Positions 32,633 through 42,856 of a stretch of 64,000 nt of DNA are shown piece by piece. Within the stretch, counting starts at the first letter, position 1. The number at the start of each line of letters is the position of its first letter. This DNA is from Dehalococcoidia bacterium (GTDB taxonomy: Bacteria > Chloroflexota > Dehalococcoidia > Lucifugimonadales > Australimonadaceae): contig OZ241751.1 in NCBI GenBank assembly GCA_965201135.1, positions 1,460,248-1,524,247 on the forward strand. The letters are read 5' to 3'. The notes under the pieces are model-generated. The model did no database searches, had not been told where the DNA came from, and saw nothing but the letters and a program-made list of their open reading frames with translations. The position numbers and the translations under genes were made by a program.

Positions 32633-33619
32633 TCAAGGACGGGGCAGGCGCTCGGCCGACCGCGCGTCGTCCTCGCTTCGGCGGCGCGCCTCTTGCGGGG
32701 ACGGATGGCGCAGATAGGCCATCCGCTTCAACTCGCGCCTCCCCCGATTCACGCTGTCGAGGATGACGCCCGAGAGAAAACTCCCCAGCGCGGCGAGCCC
32801 TAGCCCTACGCATAAGACGGCGGTGGGAAGGCGGGGGACCAAGCCCGTTTCCCAAAACGTCGAGAGAAGGGGGATGCCCAAGCCCACTGCGGCCAAACCC
32901 AGCAGCGCGCTCGTGAACGTGAAGAAGCGAAACGGGTGGAACTCCTTGAGCAGCAACCCGATGGTGAAGAGAGCGCGCGCGCCGTCGTGGAACGTCCTGA
33001 GTTTGCTGAGGCTTCCCTCCGGCCTCTCGACGTACTTCGTCGGCGTCTCGCCGGCGGGCAAGCGCAGATGGGCGCAATGCGCCGCCAATTCGGGCTCGAT
33101 CTCGAAATGCTGCGACGTTGCGGGGAACGACTTGACGAACCGCCGCGACATGACGCGGTAGCCGGAACTGATGTCCGTGAAATTCCCGCCGAACTGCGCG
33201 TTGATCAACCAGTTCAGCAACGCGTTGCCGAGCCGGTGCCCCCGCCTGTAGGCGTTCCGCCCGTCCGCGACGCGCGCTCCGACGACCATATCGAGGTTCT
33301 CGGAGACGAGCTGCTCGACCATAGCGGGGGCCGCCTCCGCCTCGTAAGTGCCGTCGCCGTCCACGAGCACGTAGACGTCCGCCTCGACGTCGGCGAACAT
33401 TCGGCGGACGACGTTGCCTTTGCCTGCGGCGGGCTCGGACCGGACTATCGCGCCGGCGGCGCGGGCTTCGTCCGCGGTGCGGTCGGTGGACGCGTTGTCG
33501 TAGACGTAGAAGAGCGCGTCCGGGAGCGCGTTCCGAAAAGACTCGACGACTCCCGCAATCGTCTTCTCCTCGTTCCGGCAGGGCGCGAGCACGGCGATGG
33601 CCAACGGATTGGTCGTCAT
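32633..33619 (-). CDS. family 2 glycosyltransferase (polyprenyl-phosphate sugar synthase-like, with C-terminal TM helices)
   Basis: MTTNPLAIAVLAPCRNEE..YVYDNASTDRT..VLVDGDGTY (DXD), then two hydrophobic helices. The ATG at 33619 overlaps the upstream TGA (ATGA). The track start at 33640 is 7 codons upstream. Confidence 0.85.
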   Translation of the reverse strand: MTTNPLAIAVLAPCRNEEKTIAGVVESFRNALPDALFYVYDNASTDRTADEARAAGAIVRSEPAAGKGNVVRRMFADVEADVYVLVDGDGTYEAEAAPAMVEQLVSENLDMVVGARVADGRNAYRRGHRLGNALLNWLINAQFGGNFTDISSGYRVMSRRFVKSFPATSQHFEIEPELAAHCAHLRLPAGETPTKYVERPEGSLSKLRTFHDGARALFTIGLLLKEFHPFRFFTFTSALLGLAAVGLGIPLLSTFWETGLVPRLPTAVLCVGLGLAALGSFLSGVILDSVNRGRRELKRMAYLRHPSPQEARRRSEDDARSAERLPRP

Positions 33620-35382
33620 TCGGATTTCCATGCCTCGCATTGTCTACGATAAGCCTGCTGGTTTTCCATCCGGCTCCAAGCCTGCTCCATCGCCCAATTA
33701 ATCAGCAGGAATCCGCAGAGCGCGAGCGCGGGCAGCATAACGAGCGCGTAGCGCGGCGTGGCCACGCCGGTCAGCCCGATCAAGAGAAAGTGCCCGTGAA
33801 CGGCGAGCCCTGAGAGGGCGGCGGCGGCCAGCCGCCCGTCGGCGGCCCGCGCGCTCCCTCGAAGCCGACGCCCCGCGGCGAGCGCGGTCGCGGCTAATGA
33901 GACCGCCAAGCCCGCAAGCATCATTAGACGGACTCTGCGCCCCGCTTGCGGCAGGGGCTGGAACACGCGGGCATCGGCGAAGAGGTCGGTCTTCTCCAAA
34001 TCTTCCGTGTACGCTTTGTAGGATGCGATGAAATCCGGGCGGTAGGCCCAGTAGGCCGTCCAAAGCCCCCAGTAGTGCGTAAGGGCGTTCAGCGCCCAAG
34101 CGCCCGGCGCTCCCCGCATCGCGGCCCAGCCGGCCTGGCCGAGGAAGTCGCCTTCTTCGATCCCGCGCTCGTCCCAAATTGGCCATAGGGTCGGCGCCAA
34201 CTCGCGGAAGTACGTGGGATATTGAGCCGCCACCTCGAAGTTTCGCAACAGAAGCGCGCGCGTTTGCAAGTTAGGCGCGCCCGCGATCAACTCCCGCCCC
34301 GGCTCCATCGCCGCTCTCCCGTAATCGAGCGCAGCCGCGAGTTCGGGGTCGTCCAAGCGCGGATCCGGCGCGATGAGCAACGCTTTGGCGAACATATGCC
34401 GGTTCACGAGCCCGTCCGGCGCGCCCGCCCCGTGCCGCGTTTGCCATATCGCGCTCTCGGCCCCGATGCACAGCGCAACCGGGATGACCGCCGCCGCCGT
34501 CAAACGCATCCGCTGACCGGCGGTCCGGGGCCAGATTAGCCATAACGCGATTGGGAAGAGGGGCAAGAGGCTTATTGCGGCGGGCCGAACCGTTATCGCC
34601 AGCCCGCAAGCGAGAGCGGCGGCGGCGGTCGTTCGCCAATCGGGGCGTCTCGCCGTCAGCGCGAGGCAGCCGAGCGTGACGCACAGCAACGAAACGAACA
34701 CGGACTCCGTCATAACCTGAGCGTTCAACTCCGTCAGATCGGGAATAGTCATCAGCAAAGCGGCCAGAGCGACCCCGGCGAGGAGCGACCCGAAAGCGCG
34801 GCGGACGCTCCATCCGAGAAAGGCGAACGCCGCCGCCGCGAGGAGAACCTGAGCGTTCGGAACCGCCGCGTCTCCGTCTGAAATGGAGCGGACGGCCTCT
34901 AGGAAAATGGGATATCCGGACGTCCGCGCGTTGTGAAATTCGAGATAGCCGCGGCTGTCCGGCGTCAGGACTGCGGGAGTTGACCACGCGGCCGCCGCGT
35001 AGCCGGCGGCCATGAGAACGAAGATCCCCGGCGCTATGGAACGGGCCCGCCCTGAACGCCGCTGAAGGGCGCCGCGGATCCGGTCTCGATGCCGCGCGAA
35101 TCTCTTCGGCGTAACGGATTCCGAAATAGGAGCGGGCGCGAGGAGAACGGCGCCCAAGAACGTCGCGGCGAAAATCCCCGCGCCCGCCAAGAACGACCAG
35201 CCGAGAGACCCGGTGAGCGCTCCAAATGCGAAAGCGGCGGTAACGCCGGCGGCCAATAATGAGAGAAACAGACGTTGCAGGATTGGCGGCCCTGAGCGAA
35301 TGAGGGCGGCGTAGAGAGAAGCGGCGAGCGTTCCAAGCATAACGGCGGCGGACGCAACCGCGACGAGAAAGGGGAAGGCCAT
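33616..35382 (-). CDS. polytopic membrane protein, ArnT/PMT-like (GT-C) glycosyltransferase candidate
   Basis: 588 aa with more than 10 hydrophobic segments. It is translationally coupled to the GT2 gene, the usual donor-synthase plus GT-C pairing. Confidence 0.6.
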   Translation of the reverse strand: MAFPFLVAVASAAVMLGTLAASLYAALIRSGPPILQRLFLSLLAAGVTAAFAFGALTGSLGWSFLAGAGIFAATFLGAVLLAPAPISESVTPKRFARHRDRIRGALQRRSGRARSIAPGIFVLMAAGYAAAAWSTPAVLTPDSRGYLEFHNARTSGYPIFLEAVRSISDGDAAVPNAQVLLAAAAFAFLGWSVRRAFGSLLAGVALAALLMTIPDLTELNAQVMTESVFVSLLCVTLGCLALTARRPDWRTTAAAALACGLAITVRPAAISLLPLFPIALWLIWPRTAGQRMRLTAAAVIPVALCIGAESAIWQTRHGAGAPDGLVNRHMFAKALLIAPDPRLDDPELAAALDYGRAAMEPGRELIAGAPNLQTRALLLRNFEVAAQYPTYFRELAPTLWPIWDERGIEEGDFLGQAGWAAMRGAPGAWALNALTHYWGLWTAYWAYRPDFIASYKAYTEDLEKTDLFADARVFQPLPQAGRRVRLMMLAGLAVSLAATALAAGRRLRGSARAADGRLAAAALSGLAVHGHFLLIGLTGVATPRYALVMLPALALCGFLLINWAMEQAWSRMENQQAYRRQCEAWKSE

Positions 35383-35416
35383 AGGCGCAGGATACCATAG
35401 CCTCGTCCATCCCCCG

Positions 35417-36670
35417 TCACCGCAGCGAGCGGAGCGTCCTCGACGCGAGCATCTCCCACGCGCCGTAGAGCACGATGATGCCGCCCGCCGTCCCCAGCGC
35501 CGCGCGCCCGCCGAAGACCTCCGCGAGGCCGGTCACGCCCAGCGCCGCGATCGGGATCAGCCCGCCCATCATCGCGTTCAACGCCTGCACGCGCCCGCGC
35601 ATCTCGTCCTCGGAGTGCGCCTGCAGCGCCGTGAGGTGCGCCACCGTCCGCCCGGAGTGCCCGACGCCGACGGGGAGCATCAGCAAAAGCGAAAGCCAGT
35701 ACCAACTCGACGCGGCGAACGCGGCGACGCCCAGCCCGAACAGCGTGAAGAACCCCATGAGCAGCAGACCCTTCCGCTGAAAGTCGCCGAGCGACGCCGC
35801 AGTCGTCGAGCCGAGCAGCGACCCTAGCCCGAAGAAGGTGAAGAGCAGGCCGACGCCGTCCGCCTCTATGTTGAGGAACTCCTGCGCGAGCGGCAGCAAG
35901 TGCTGAAACGGCTGTCCGAACACGGTCGCGACGAGGCCGACGAGCAGGAGGTTGCGGATGATCGGCGACTGCCGCGCGTAGCGGAATCCCTCCCACGGCG
36001 AGCCGCTGCGCCGCCGCTTCCGCGCCGCGCCCGTCCCCCGCGCCGGCGTGAGGAAGAGGAGCGACAGCGCGACGACGTAGAGCGCGATGATCAGTAGGTA
36101 CGCCCACTCCGGTCCGACGCGGGCGAACAGCGCGCCCGCCGCGAGGGGCATCAGCATGCGGTTCACGTTCTGCGACATCGTGTGCAGGCCGGTGGCGTTG
36201 AGCAGCCTCCCCTCGTCCACGAGACTGGGAATGATGGCGCGCCGCGTCGGGGTGATGAAGACCATCACGGAGCCCTGGAGCGCGCCGATGATCGTGACGT
36301 GGATCCACGTGAGCGCGCCCGCGGCGACGCCGACTGCGGTTACGGCGGCGAAGAGCGTCATCAGCGCCGCCGCGCCGATGAGGATGTTCCGCATCGGGGC
36401 GCGGTCGGCCAGCGCGCCCGCGAACGGCGAGAGCGCGAGCGACGGGGCGTTGTTCGCCGCTATGGCGACGCCGAGCGCGATGGGGGCGCGGTCGGCCAGT
36501 TCGAACGCGAGGATGGGGCGGACGAGGACGGTCGCCTGCATCGCGCCAAAGTAGAAGAGCATCGCGATGAAATAGTTGCGGTAGGCGGGCGCGCCGAGCG
36601 CGTCGAACGTCCGCAGCCAGCGTCGGCGGCGCGGCGGGGGCTGCTCGGTCGCGGGGGATGCGTCGGCCAT
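35417..36670 (-). CDS. MFS transporter
   Basis: Likely start MADASPATEQPPPRRRRWLRTFDALGAPAYRNYF.. at 36670, with 12 TM-like segments. The track ORF extends 88 codons further upstream through an AT-rich patch. Confidence 0.85.
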   Translation of the reverse strand: MADASPATEQPPPRRRRWLRTFDALGAPAYRNYFIAMLFYFGAMQATVLVRPILAFELADRAPIALGVAIAANNAPSLALSPFAGALADRAPMRNILIGAAALMTLFAAVTAVGVAAGALTWIHVTIIGALQGSVMVFITPTRRAIIPSLVDEGRLLNATGLHTMSQNVNRMLMPLAAGALFARVGPEWAYLLIIALYVVALSLLFLTPARGTGAARKRRRSGSPWEGFRYARQSPIIRNLLLVGLVATVFGQPFQHLLPLAQEFLNIEADGVGLLFTFFGLGSLLGSTTAASLGDFQRKGLLLMGFFTLFGLGVAAFAASSWYWLSLLLMLPVGVGHSGRTVAHLTALQAHSEDEMRGRVQALNAMMGGLIPIAALGVTGLAEVFGGRAALGTAGGIIVLYGAWEMLASRTLRSLR

Positions 36671-37179
36671 GCCGCCGATGCTACGCGTCCGCGCGCTCCG
36701 CCGCCAGCGCCGCGATTGCGGGGCGATGGCGTTGAACGCGCTCCAAAGGACTACCGGTCTTCTCCGATCCTGGCTACGAGCAGTATGTGTGGACTGGAAA
36801 AAAGAGAGCGATGTCGGATGGACTCTTGCATTAGGCATAGGATTCGCAGACATAGTAAGGAAGGTCTGCACGGCCTCCTGCAAGGCGCGAGGCTCGATGC
36901 CCGCAAGGATGCCGGAGGCGAAGGCAGGACTCAATGGCCGCCCTCAACGCCCTCATTGCGTCGGCTCCATAGCCAAGCGTTGCCTGCCTCAGCGCAAGTA
37001 TTGTCGCCATGTCTCGTCTCTCTGCTCTGGTTGCAGTCTCGCCCTCCTCGCCCCGCGTCCCCACGCCCCACGCCCCCCACGCGACACGCGCCTATTGACT
37101 ATCTCCGCCGCTTTGGATAAGAGTTAGCGGCTCCCGCGCAGGCGAGTTTAGGCGGGCGCGGACTGCGAGGCTTTGAGCA

Positions 37180-39063
37180 GTGACTTCGCATCGGAACGAG
37201 CAGACGCGGACGGACGGCCTGCGCGCGCTCCTCAAAGAGCATTTCGGCTACGACGAGTTTCGTCCGCAGCAAGAGCGCGTCATCGCCAACGCTCTCGCTG
37301 GACGGCACAGTCTCGTGATTATGCCCACGGGCGGCGGCAAGTCGCTCTGCTATCAACTTCCGGCGCTGGCGTTGGACGGACTGACGCTCGTCGTGTCGCC
37401 GCTGATCGCCCTGATGAAAGATCAGGTGGACGGCCTGCGGGCCAATGGCGTTCCCGCCGCTTGCATCCACGGCGGCCTGCCGCTCGCCGAGCAGTCGGAG
37501 GCGCGGCGCGGCGCGCTGTCCGGGCGGCTCAAACTCCTCTACGCCGCTCCCGAGCGCGTGAACGCGCCGGACTTCCTGCAATTCCTGGGCCGCCTGCGCC
37601 TCGGCCTCATCGCCATAGACGAGGCGCACTGCATCAGCGAGTGGGGGCACGACTTCCGCCCCGACTACCGCAAGTTGGCCGGCCTGCGGAGCCGCTTCCC
37701 CGACGTTCCCGTTATGGCGCTCACCGCGACCGCCGCCGAGCGCGCGCGGGAGGACATCGTCCGCCAGTTGCGGCTTGACGGCTGCGAGCGGTTCGTCTCC
37801 AGTTTCGACCGCCCCAATCTCACGTACTCCGTCAAGTCGAAGAGCCGGGCGTGGGAAGACCTATTGGAGGCGCTCGACGCCCGAAAGGGAGAATCCGCCA
37901 TCGTCTATTGCTTCTCCCGGCGCGAGACGGAGGAACTGGCCGAGCGGCTAACGCGGAGCGGACACCGGGCGTTGGCCTATCACGCCGGGCTCGACGCCGA
38001 AGCCAGGCGGACCGCGCAGGAGCGGTTCATAGACGGCGAGGTTCCCATCGCGACGGCCACCATCGCGTTCGGAATGGGCATAGACAAGCCCGACGTCCGC
38101 CTCGTCGTTCACGATACGCTGCCGAAATCCATAGAGGGCTACTACCAGGAAACAGGCCGCGCGGGGCGGGACGGGCAGCCGAGCGATTGCGTCCTGTTCT
38201 TCTCGGAGGGCGACTCCCGCAAGCATCTCTATTTCATCAGGCGAATAGAGGATGAGGACGCTCGGGGCGCGGCGGAGCGGCAGTTGCGGGAAATGGCGGA
38301 CTACGCCCGTCTGCGCTCCTGCCGCCGCAAGCGTCTGCTGGCCTACTTCGGCGAGGCGATGGAGGGAGCGGCCTGCGGGCGCTGCGACGTCTGCCTAACG
38401 GAACGCCATGCGACGGACATCACCGTGGTCGCCCAGAAGATGCTCTCCGCCGCGATCCGCACCGGCGAGCAGTACGGAGTCGCCTACCTCAGCAACGTGC
38501 TCCTCGGCGGGGCGGACAAACGCATACGAGAGCGAGGCCACGACCGATTGAGCGTCTACGGCATCGTCGGCGACTACGACCGGAAAGGACTGCGCGCCGT
38601 CGCCGGGGAGATGGAGAGCAGCGGACTGCTCGAGCGCGGGGAATACGCCGAGATCAAGGCGACGTCGGCGGGGCGCGAGTGGCTGCGCGAACGCCGCAGT
38701 TTGATCGCGCATGCGCCCGCCGGAGCGTTCGCGCCTATGCGGACGGGGCGCAGCCGGGGCGGGAGCGCTCAGGCTGCGCTGGACCGGAGCGAATCGGGCG
38801 CACCGGAGTCCGAGCGCGACGAGGCGCTCTTCGCGTCGCTGCGGGCGCTGCGCCGACGATTGGCGGACGAGGAAGGCGTCCCCGCGTTCGTCGTGTTCAA
38901 CGACGCGACGCTCCGGGCTCTCGCCGCCCGCAAGCCCTCGACGCCCGATGCGATGCTGCGCGTGAGCGGCGTGGGGCCGGCGAAACTAGCCCGCTACGCC
39001 GACCCGTTCCTGCAAGCCGTCGCCGCCCATCAGGCGCGCGACGCCCCGCCCCCGTCCCCTTAG
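37180..39063 (+). CDS. recQ: ATP-dependent DNA helicase RecQ
   Basis: 627 aa with a GTG start. Reads FGYDEFRPQQ, MPTGGGKSLCYQLPA, DEAHCISEWGHDFRPDY, a zinc-binding CRRK..C..CDVC, and a C-terminal HRDC (..VPAFVVFNDATLRALA..). Confidence 0.95.
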   Translation: MTSHRNEQTRTDGLRALLKEHFGYDEFRPQQERVIANALAGRHSLVIMPTGGGKSLCYQLPALALDGLTLVVSPLIALMKDQVDGLRANGVPAACIHGGLPLAEQSEARRGALSGRLKLLYAAPERVNAPDFLQFLGRLRLGLIAIDEAHCISEWGHDFRPDYRKLAGLRSRFPDVPVMALTATAAERAREDIVRQLRLDGCERFVSSFDRPNLTYSVKSKSRAWEDLLEALDARKGESAIVYCFSRRETEELAERLTRSGHRALAYHAGLDAEARRTAQERFIDGEVPIATATIAFGMGIDKPDVRLVVHDTLPKSIEGYYQETGRAGRDGQPSDCVLFFSEGDSRKHLYFIRRIEDEDARGAAERQLREMADYARLRSCRRKRLLAYFGEAMEGAACGRCDVCLTERHATDITVVAQKMLSAAIRTGEQYGVAYLSNVLLGGADKRIRERGHDRLSVYGIVGDYDRKGLRAVAGEMESSGLLERGEYAEIKATSAGREWLRERRSLIAHAPAGAFAPMRTGRSRGGSAQAALDRSESGAPESERDEALFASLRALRRRLADEEGVPAFVVFNDATLRALAARKPSTPDAMLRVSGVGPAKLARYADPFLQAVAAHQARDAPPPSP

Positions 39064-39074
39064 CCCGCCGCCCC

Positions 39075-39083
39075 TGCTATACT
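39075..39083 (+). promoter_or_regulatory. candidate extended -10 (TGcTATACT)
   Basis: ccccTGCTATACTcccgcc, 60 nt upstream of the ATG at 39143. Confidence 0.3.
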
Positions 39084-39142
39084 CCCGCCGACCAGGCGGG
39101 AGCCCGCGTTGCCATGGCGTCCTGCGGAAGGAGCGTTGCGCG

Positions 39143-39835
39143 ATGAAGGACGAGGAACTCCAGGGAACGGAGAAGAAGTCGAACCTGTTCAAGCGCGCCG
39201 AAGGGCACGTGCAAGGGCGGACGATCGACGGCCTCATGGAGTTGGTGCCGTTCATCCTCACCATCGTGGTCGTCGGGTTCATCGTCGGCTGGGCCGACGG
39301 CGCCATCAGGCCGGTCCTCCCGGACGGGCCGTGGGACTTCCCCGGGGTGGGGGTCATTATCTCCGCCATCATCTTCTACCTGACGGGGCTGCTCATCAAG
39401 ACGAGCGCGGGGCGCGGGCTGATGATCGTCAAAGACCGCGCGCTGCGGATCATTCCGGTCGTCCGCTCGATCTTCGGCGTGGCGGAGCAGATCACGAGTT
39501 CGCTCTCGACCCAGTACAACTTCAGCCGGGTCGTGTTCTTGGAGTGGCCGCGCGAGGGGATGCTCGCGATGGGCTTCGTCACGGGGCGCGCCGTCTCCTC
39601 CGACCGCTCCATCGTGATGGTCTACATCCCGACGGTGCCGAACCCGACCTCCGGCAACCTCGCGTTCGTGGACGAGGACGACGTGATGGAGACGGACATG
39701 GACGTGGAGAAGGCGATGAAGGTCGTGTTCTCCGGCGGCATCGTGCTGCCGGACGCGATTTCGCTCGCCCGCGTGCCCATCGAGAAGAGCCCGGAGGACA
39801 TCGGCATCGTCGGCCAGTTCACGACCGGGAAGTGA
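39143..39835 (+). CDS. DUF502-family membrane protein
   Basis: 230 aa. ggaaggag Shine-Dalgarno, two N-terminal TM helices, and ..SIFGVAEQ..VVFLEWPREGM..GFVTG..VYIPTVPNPTSGNL.., which is typical of DUF502. Confidence 0.75.
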   Translation: MKDEELQGTEKKSNLFKRAEGHVQGRTIDGLMELVPFILTIVVVGFIVGWADGAIRPVLPDGPWDFPGVGVIISAIIFYLTGLLIKTSAGRGLMIVKDRALRIIPVVRSIFGVAEQITSSLSTQYNFSRVVFLEWPREGMLAMGFVTGRAVSSDRSIVMVYIPTVPNPTSGNLAFVDEDDVMETDMDVEKAMKVVFSGGIVLPDAISLARVPIEKSPEDIGIVGQFTTGK

Positions 39836-39922
39836 CAGGGCGGTCGATTGATACTCCCCGCGCAGGGAAATCCGAGCGCGCCTACGCTCGCAGGCAGGAT
39901 GAGCAGGCTGTGACGACAGCGT

Positions 39923-41671
39923 ATGACCGATAGCCCGACGCCGCTCATCGCTCCCTATGGCGGAGCGCTCGTGAACCTTCTCGTCCCCCCGGAGGAGCGC
40001 GAGGAGTTGCGCGCCTACGCCGGACGCCTTCCCTCCGCGCAACTCTCCGACAGGGCGGTCTGCGATCTGGAGGCGATGGCCGTCGGCGGCTTCTCCCCGC
40101 TCGACAGGTTCCTCGGCGAGGAGGACTACGCCCGCGTCTTGGAGGAGATGCGCCTCGCGGACGGGCGCCTGTGGCCGATTCCGATAACGCTGCCCCTCGA
40201 TCCGTCCGACGTCCGGTTGGACGGAGAGATCGCGCTGCGCGACGCAAAGAACAACATCCTCGCGACCCTGACGATAGAGGAAGCCTACGATTGGGACAAG
40301 GCGGAGGCGGCGCAGCGGATTTGCGGAACGCAAGACGCCCGTCACCCGCTGGTCGCGGAGATGGCGCGCTGGGGCGGCGTGAACGTATCGGGGCGCCTGC
40401 GCGTCATTGACCTCCCGCTGCATTACGACTTCCGCGACCTGCGGCTCACGCCCGCGCAGTGCCGCGAGCGGCTCGAGGCGATGGGCGCCGGGAACGTCGT
40501 CGCCTTTCAGACGCGCAACCCTATGCACCGCGCCCACGAGGAACTCACCAAACGCGCCGCCTCCGCCGTCAACGGCGTCCTTCTCCTCCATCCGGTGGTC
40601 GGGCTCACGAAACCCGGCGACGTGGACTACTACACCCGCGTCCGCGCCTACCGCGCGCTGACGGAGCGCCATTACGACCCTAGGAGCGTTCTGCTGTCGC
40701 TGCTTCCGCTTGCGATGCGGATGGCCGGCCCGCGCGAGGCGTTGTGGCACGCGCTGATCCGACGAAACTACGGCGCGAATCACCTCATCGTCGGGCGCGA
40801 CCACGCGGGGCCGGGGAACGATTCGACAGGCAAGCCGTTCTACGGACCCTACGACGCGCAGGAAATGGTCGAGGCGTTCGCGGACGAGACGGGCGTAGGA
40901 GCCGCGCGCTTTCAGGAACTCGTCTACTTGCCCGACGAAGACCGCTACGAAGAGGCGGGGCGCGTCCCTCCGGGCGCGGCGACGGCCTCTTTGTCGGGGA
41001 CGCAAGCGCGGGACGAGTATCTCAACAAAGGCGTCCGTCTCCCGTCGTGGTTCACCCGCCCGGAAGTCGCGGAGATCCTGGCGGAGAGTTATCCGCCCCG
41101 TCACGCGCAGGGAGTCTGCGTATGGTTCACCGGCCTCAGCGGATCCGGGAAGTCCACTACGGCGGAGGCGCTCATCGCGCTGCTGATGGAGGAAGGGCGC
41201 CGCGTCACCGCGCTGGACGGCGACGTCGTCCGGACGCACCTCTCGAAAGGTCTGGGGTTCAGCAAGGAAGACCGCGACGCGAACATCCTGCGGATCGGAT
41301 TCGTCGCGTCGGAGGTCGTCCGCGCGGGCGGGGTCGCCGTCTGCGCCGCCGTTAGCCCCTACGCCGCCGCCCGCGCCGCCGTTCGCGGAATGGTGGAGTC
41401 GGACGCGAGCGGGGACAATTTCGTCGAGGCGTACGTGAACACGCCGCTCGAGGTGTGCGAGGCGCGGGACTCCAAGGGAATGTACGCGAAAGCGCGGCGG
41501 GGCGAGATCACGGGCTTCACGGGCATAGACGACCCCTACGAGGCGCCCGCCGCGCCGGAGTTGGAGTTGGAGACGACGGCCTCCTCGCCGGAGGAGAACG
41601 CGCGCCGCATCATCGGCGAATTGCGCCGCCGAGGGTTCCTGCGCGGCGAGGGAAGGGCGGCAGGCGCTTGA
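39923..41671 (+). CDS. sat/cysC: bifunctional sulfate adenylyltransferase / adenylylsulfate kinase
   Basis: 582 aa. ATP sulfurylase motifs FQTRNPMHRAHEEL and LIVGRDHAGPG, and a C-terminal APS kinase with P-loop WFTGLSGSGKST. Confidence 0.92.
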   Translation: MTDSPTPLIAPYGGALVNLLVPPEEREELRAYAGRLPSAQLSDRAVCDLEAMAVGGFSPLDRFLGEEDYARVLEEMRLADGRLWPIPITLPLDPSDVRLDGEIALRDAKNNILATLTIEEAYDWDKAEAAQRICGTQDARHPLVAEMARWGGVNVSGRLRVIDLPLHYDFRDLRLTPAQCRERLEAMGAGNVVAFQTRNPMHRAHEELTKRAASAVNGVLLLHPVVGLTKPGDVDYYTRVRAYRALTERHYDPRSVLLSLLPLAMRMAGPREALWHALIRRNYGANHLIVGRDHAGPGNDSTGKPFYGPYDAQEMVEAFADETGVGAARFQELVYLPDEDRYEEAGRVPPGAATASLSGTQARDEYLNKGVRLPSWFTRPEVAEILAESYPPRHAQGVCVWFTGLSGSGKSTTAEALIALLMEEGRRVTALDGDVVRTHLSKGLGFSKEDRDANILRIGFVASEVVRAGGVAVCAAVSPYAAARAAVRGMVESDASGDNFVEAYVNTPLEVCEARDSKGMYAKARRGEITGFTGIDDPYEAPAAPELELETTASSPEENARRIIGELRRRGFLRGEGRAAGA

Positions 41672-41792
41672 CGACGCCTCCCCGACCGCCTCTCTCTCCT
41701 GTGTCCTCCGCCTCAGTGACGCATCGAGAAGGCCCCGGACGTCCCAATTTCCCTTGTAGAGCGCCGCGCCGACGCGCAGTTGCCGCGCCCGC

Positions 41793-42809
41793 CTAAGCGT
41801 CGAGACCCAGCGCGGCCATCAGTTCGCGCCATTCGCGAGGGGACATGCCGAGGGCGTCGGGGTCCGGCTCTTCGCCGGCGAGCATTCGTTTGACGGCGGC
41901 GAGCCCCTCCGCGCTGAGGCGGACGCCGCCGAGCCTGTGCCGACGGAAGGCTTTCGCGGCGAGCGGAACCCATAGGTCGACGATGTCGAGAATGACGCGG
42001 GCGTACTCCCGAATCTCCCACTGGGCGTGCTCGTCGATGCGGAGCGTGATGAAGCGGAGGAGGTTGTGGAGGTCGGTCTTCCAGTACCACTGCGTGTAGG
42101 CACTGAGGGGCAGGCCGATGCGGGCTGTCTCGCGGGCGAAGCCGGCGGAATGGAGGTTTTCGTAGAGGTCGAAGGAGCGCTCCGCGTCCGCTTGGATGGA
42201 CTCGCGCGCCCGCTGCGTTTCAACGCGCCGCGCCGCGATACTCTGCTCTTCAGCCTCTCGTTCCTTTTTCGTTTTCTTGCGGCGGCCGCCCGAAGGCGGC
42301 GGCGGCGCCTCGACGGCGAGTTGGTGCGCGAGTTGCTGTCCCACGCTCGCCTCGCCCCGCCCCTGCGCGTTCGCGCTCGATTGGATCCTTAGTTGGCTCT
42401 CCGGCGGAACGTAGAACTCGCGGTCGAGGATGGAGTAGCGGGCAGAGTATTCGTTGACGCTGGCAGTGCGGTGGCGAATCCACTGGCGCGCGACGAAGAT
42501 CGGCAGTTTGACGTGCAGTTTGATCTCGCACATTTCGAACGGCGAGGTGTGGTCGTTCCGCATCAGATAGTTGATGAGGCCCTGGTCGTCGCGGGAGCGC
42601 TTGGTTCCGCGTCCGTAGGAGACGCGGGCGGCCTGCACAATGGCCGCGTCGTCGCCCATATAGTCCACGACGCGGACGAAGCCGTGGTCGAGCACGGGGA
42701 GAGGCTGATAGAGGATGTCCTCGACGGCGGGGACGGTCGCCCTTCGGGTTTCGGCGCGCTCGGCGCGGAGCGCGTCTATCTCGGCTTGCTGCTGCGGGGT
42801 GACATGCAT
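41793..42809 (-). CDS. thyX: FAD-dependent thymidylate synthase ThyX (long form)
   Basis: ATG at 42809 (MHVTPQQQ..). ThyX motif QWIRHRTASVNEYSARYS. 338 aa, with a charged insert and a C-terminal extension. The upstream 290 codons of the track ORF overlap korB out of frame. Confidence 0.9.
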   Translation of the reverse strand: MHVTPQQQAEIDALRAERAETRRATVPAVEDILYQPLPVLDHGFVRVVDYMGDDAAIVQAARVSYGRGTKRSRDDQGLINYLMRNDHTSPFEMCEIKLHVKLPIFVARQWIRHRTASVNEYSARYSILDREFYVPPESQLRIQSSANAQGRGEASVGQQLAHQLAVEAPPPPSGGRRKKTKKEREAEEQSIAARRVETQRARESIQADAERSFDLYENLHSAGFARETARIGLPLSAYTQWYWKTDLHNLLRFITLRIDEHAQWEIREYARVILDIVDLWVPLAAKAFRRHRLGGVRLSAEGLAAVKRMLAGEEPDPDALGMSPREWRELMAALGLDA

Positions 42810-42856
42810 CGCGGGTTTTCGCGGAGGCGGGCGAATCGCCCGCCTCCGCGAAGGCG

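Noticed and set aside
36750-37064. AT-rich patch with ORF pieces in two minus-strand frames (MATILALRQATLGYGADAMRALRAAIES.. and ..AFASGILAGIEPRALQEAVQTFLTMSANP..), between the MFS gene and recQ.
   Set aside because: It might be a frameshifted gene relic. However, there is no recognisable motif, and an AT-rich divergent promoter region explains the composition. Evidence is insufficient to call a feature.
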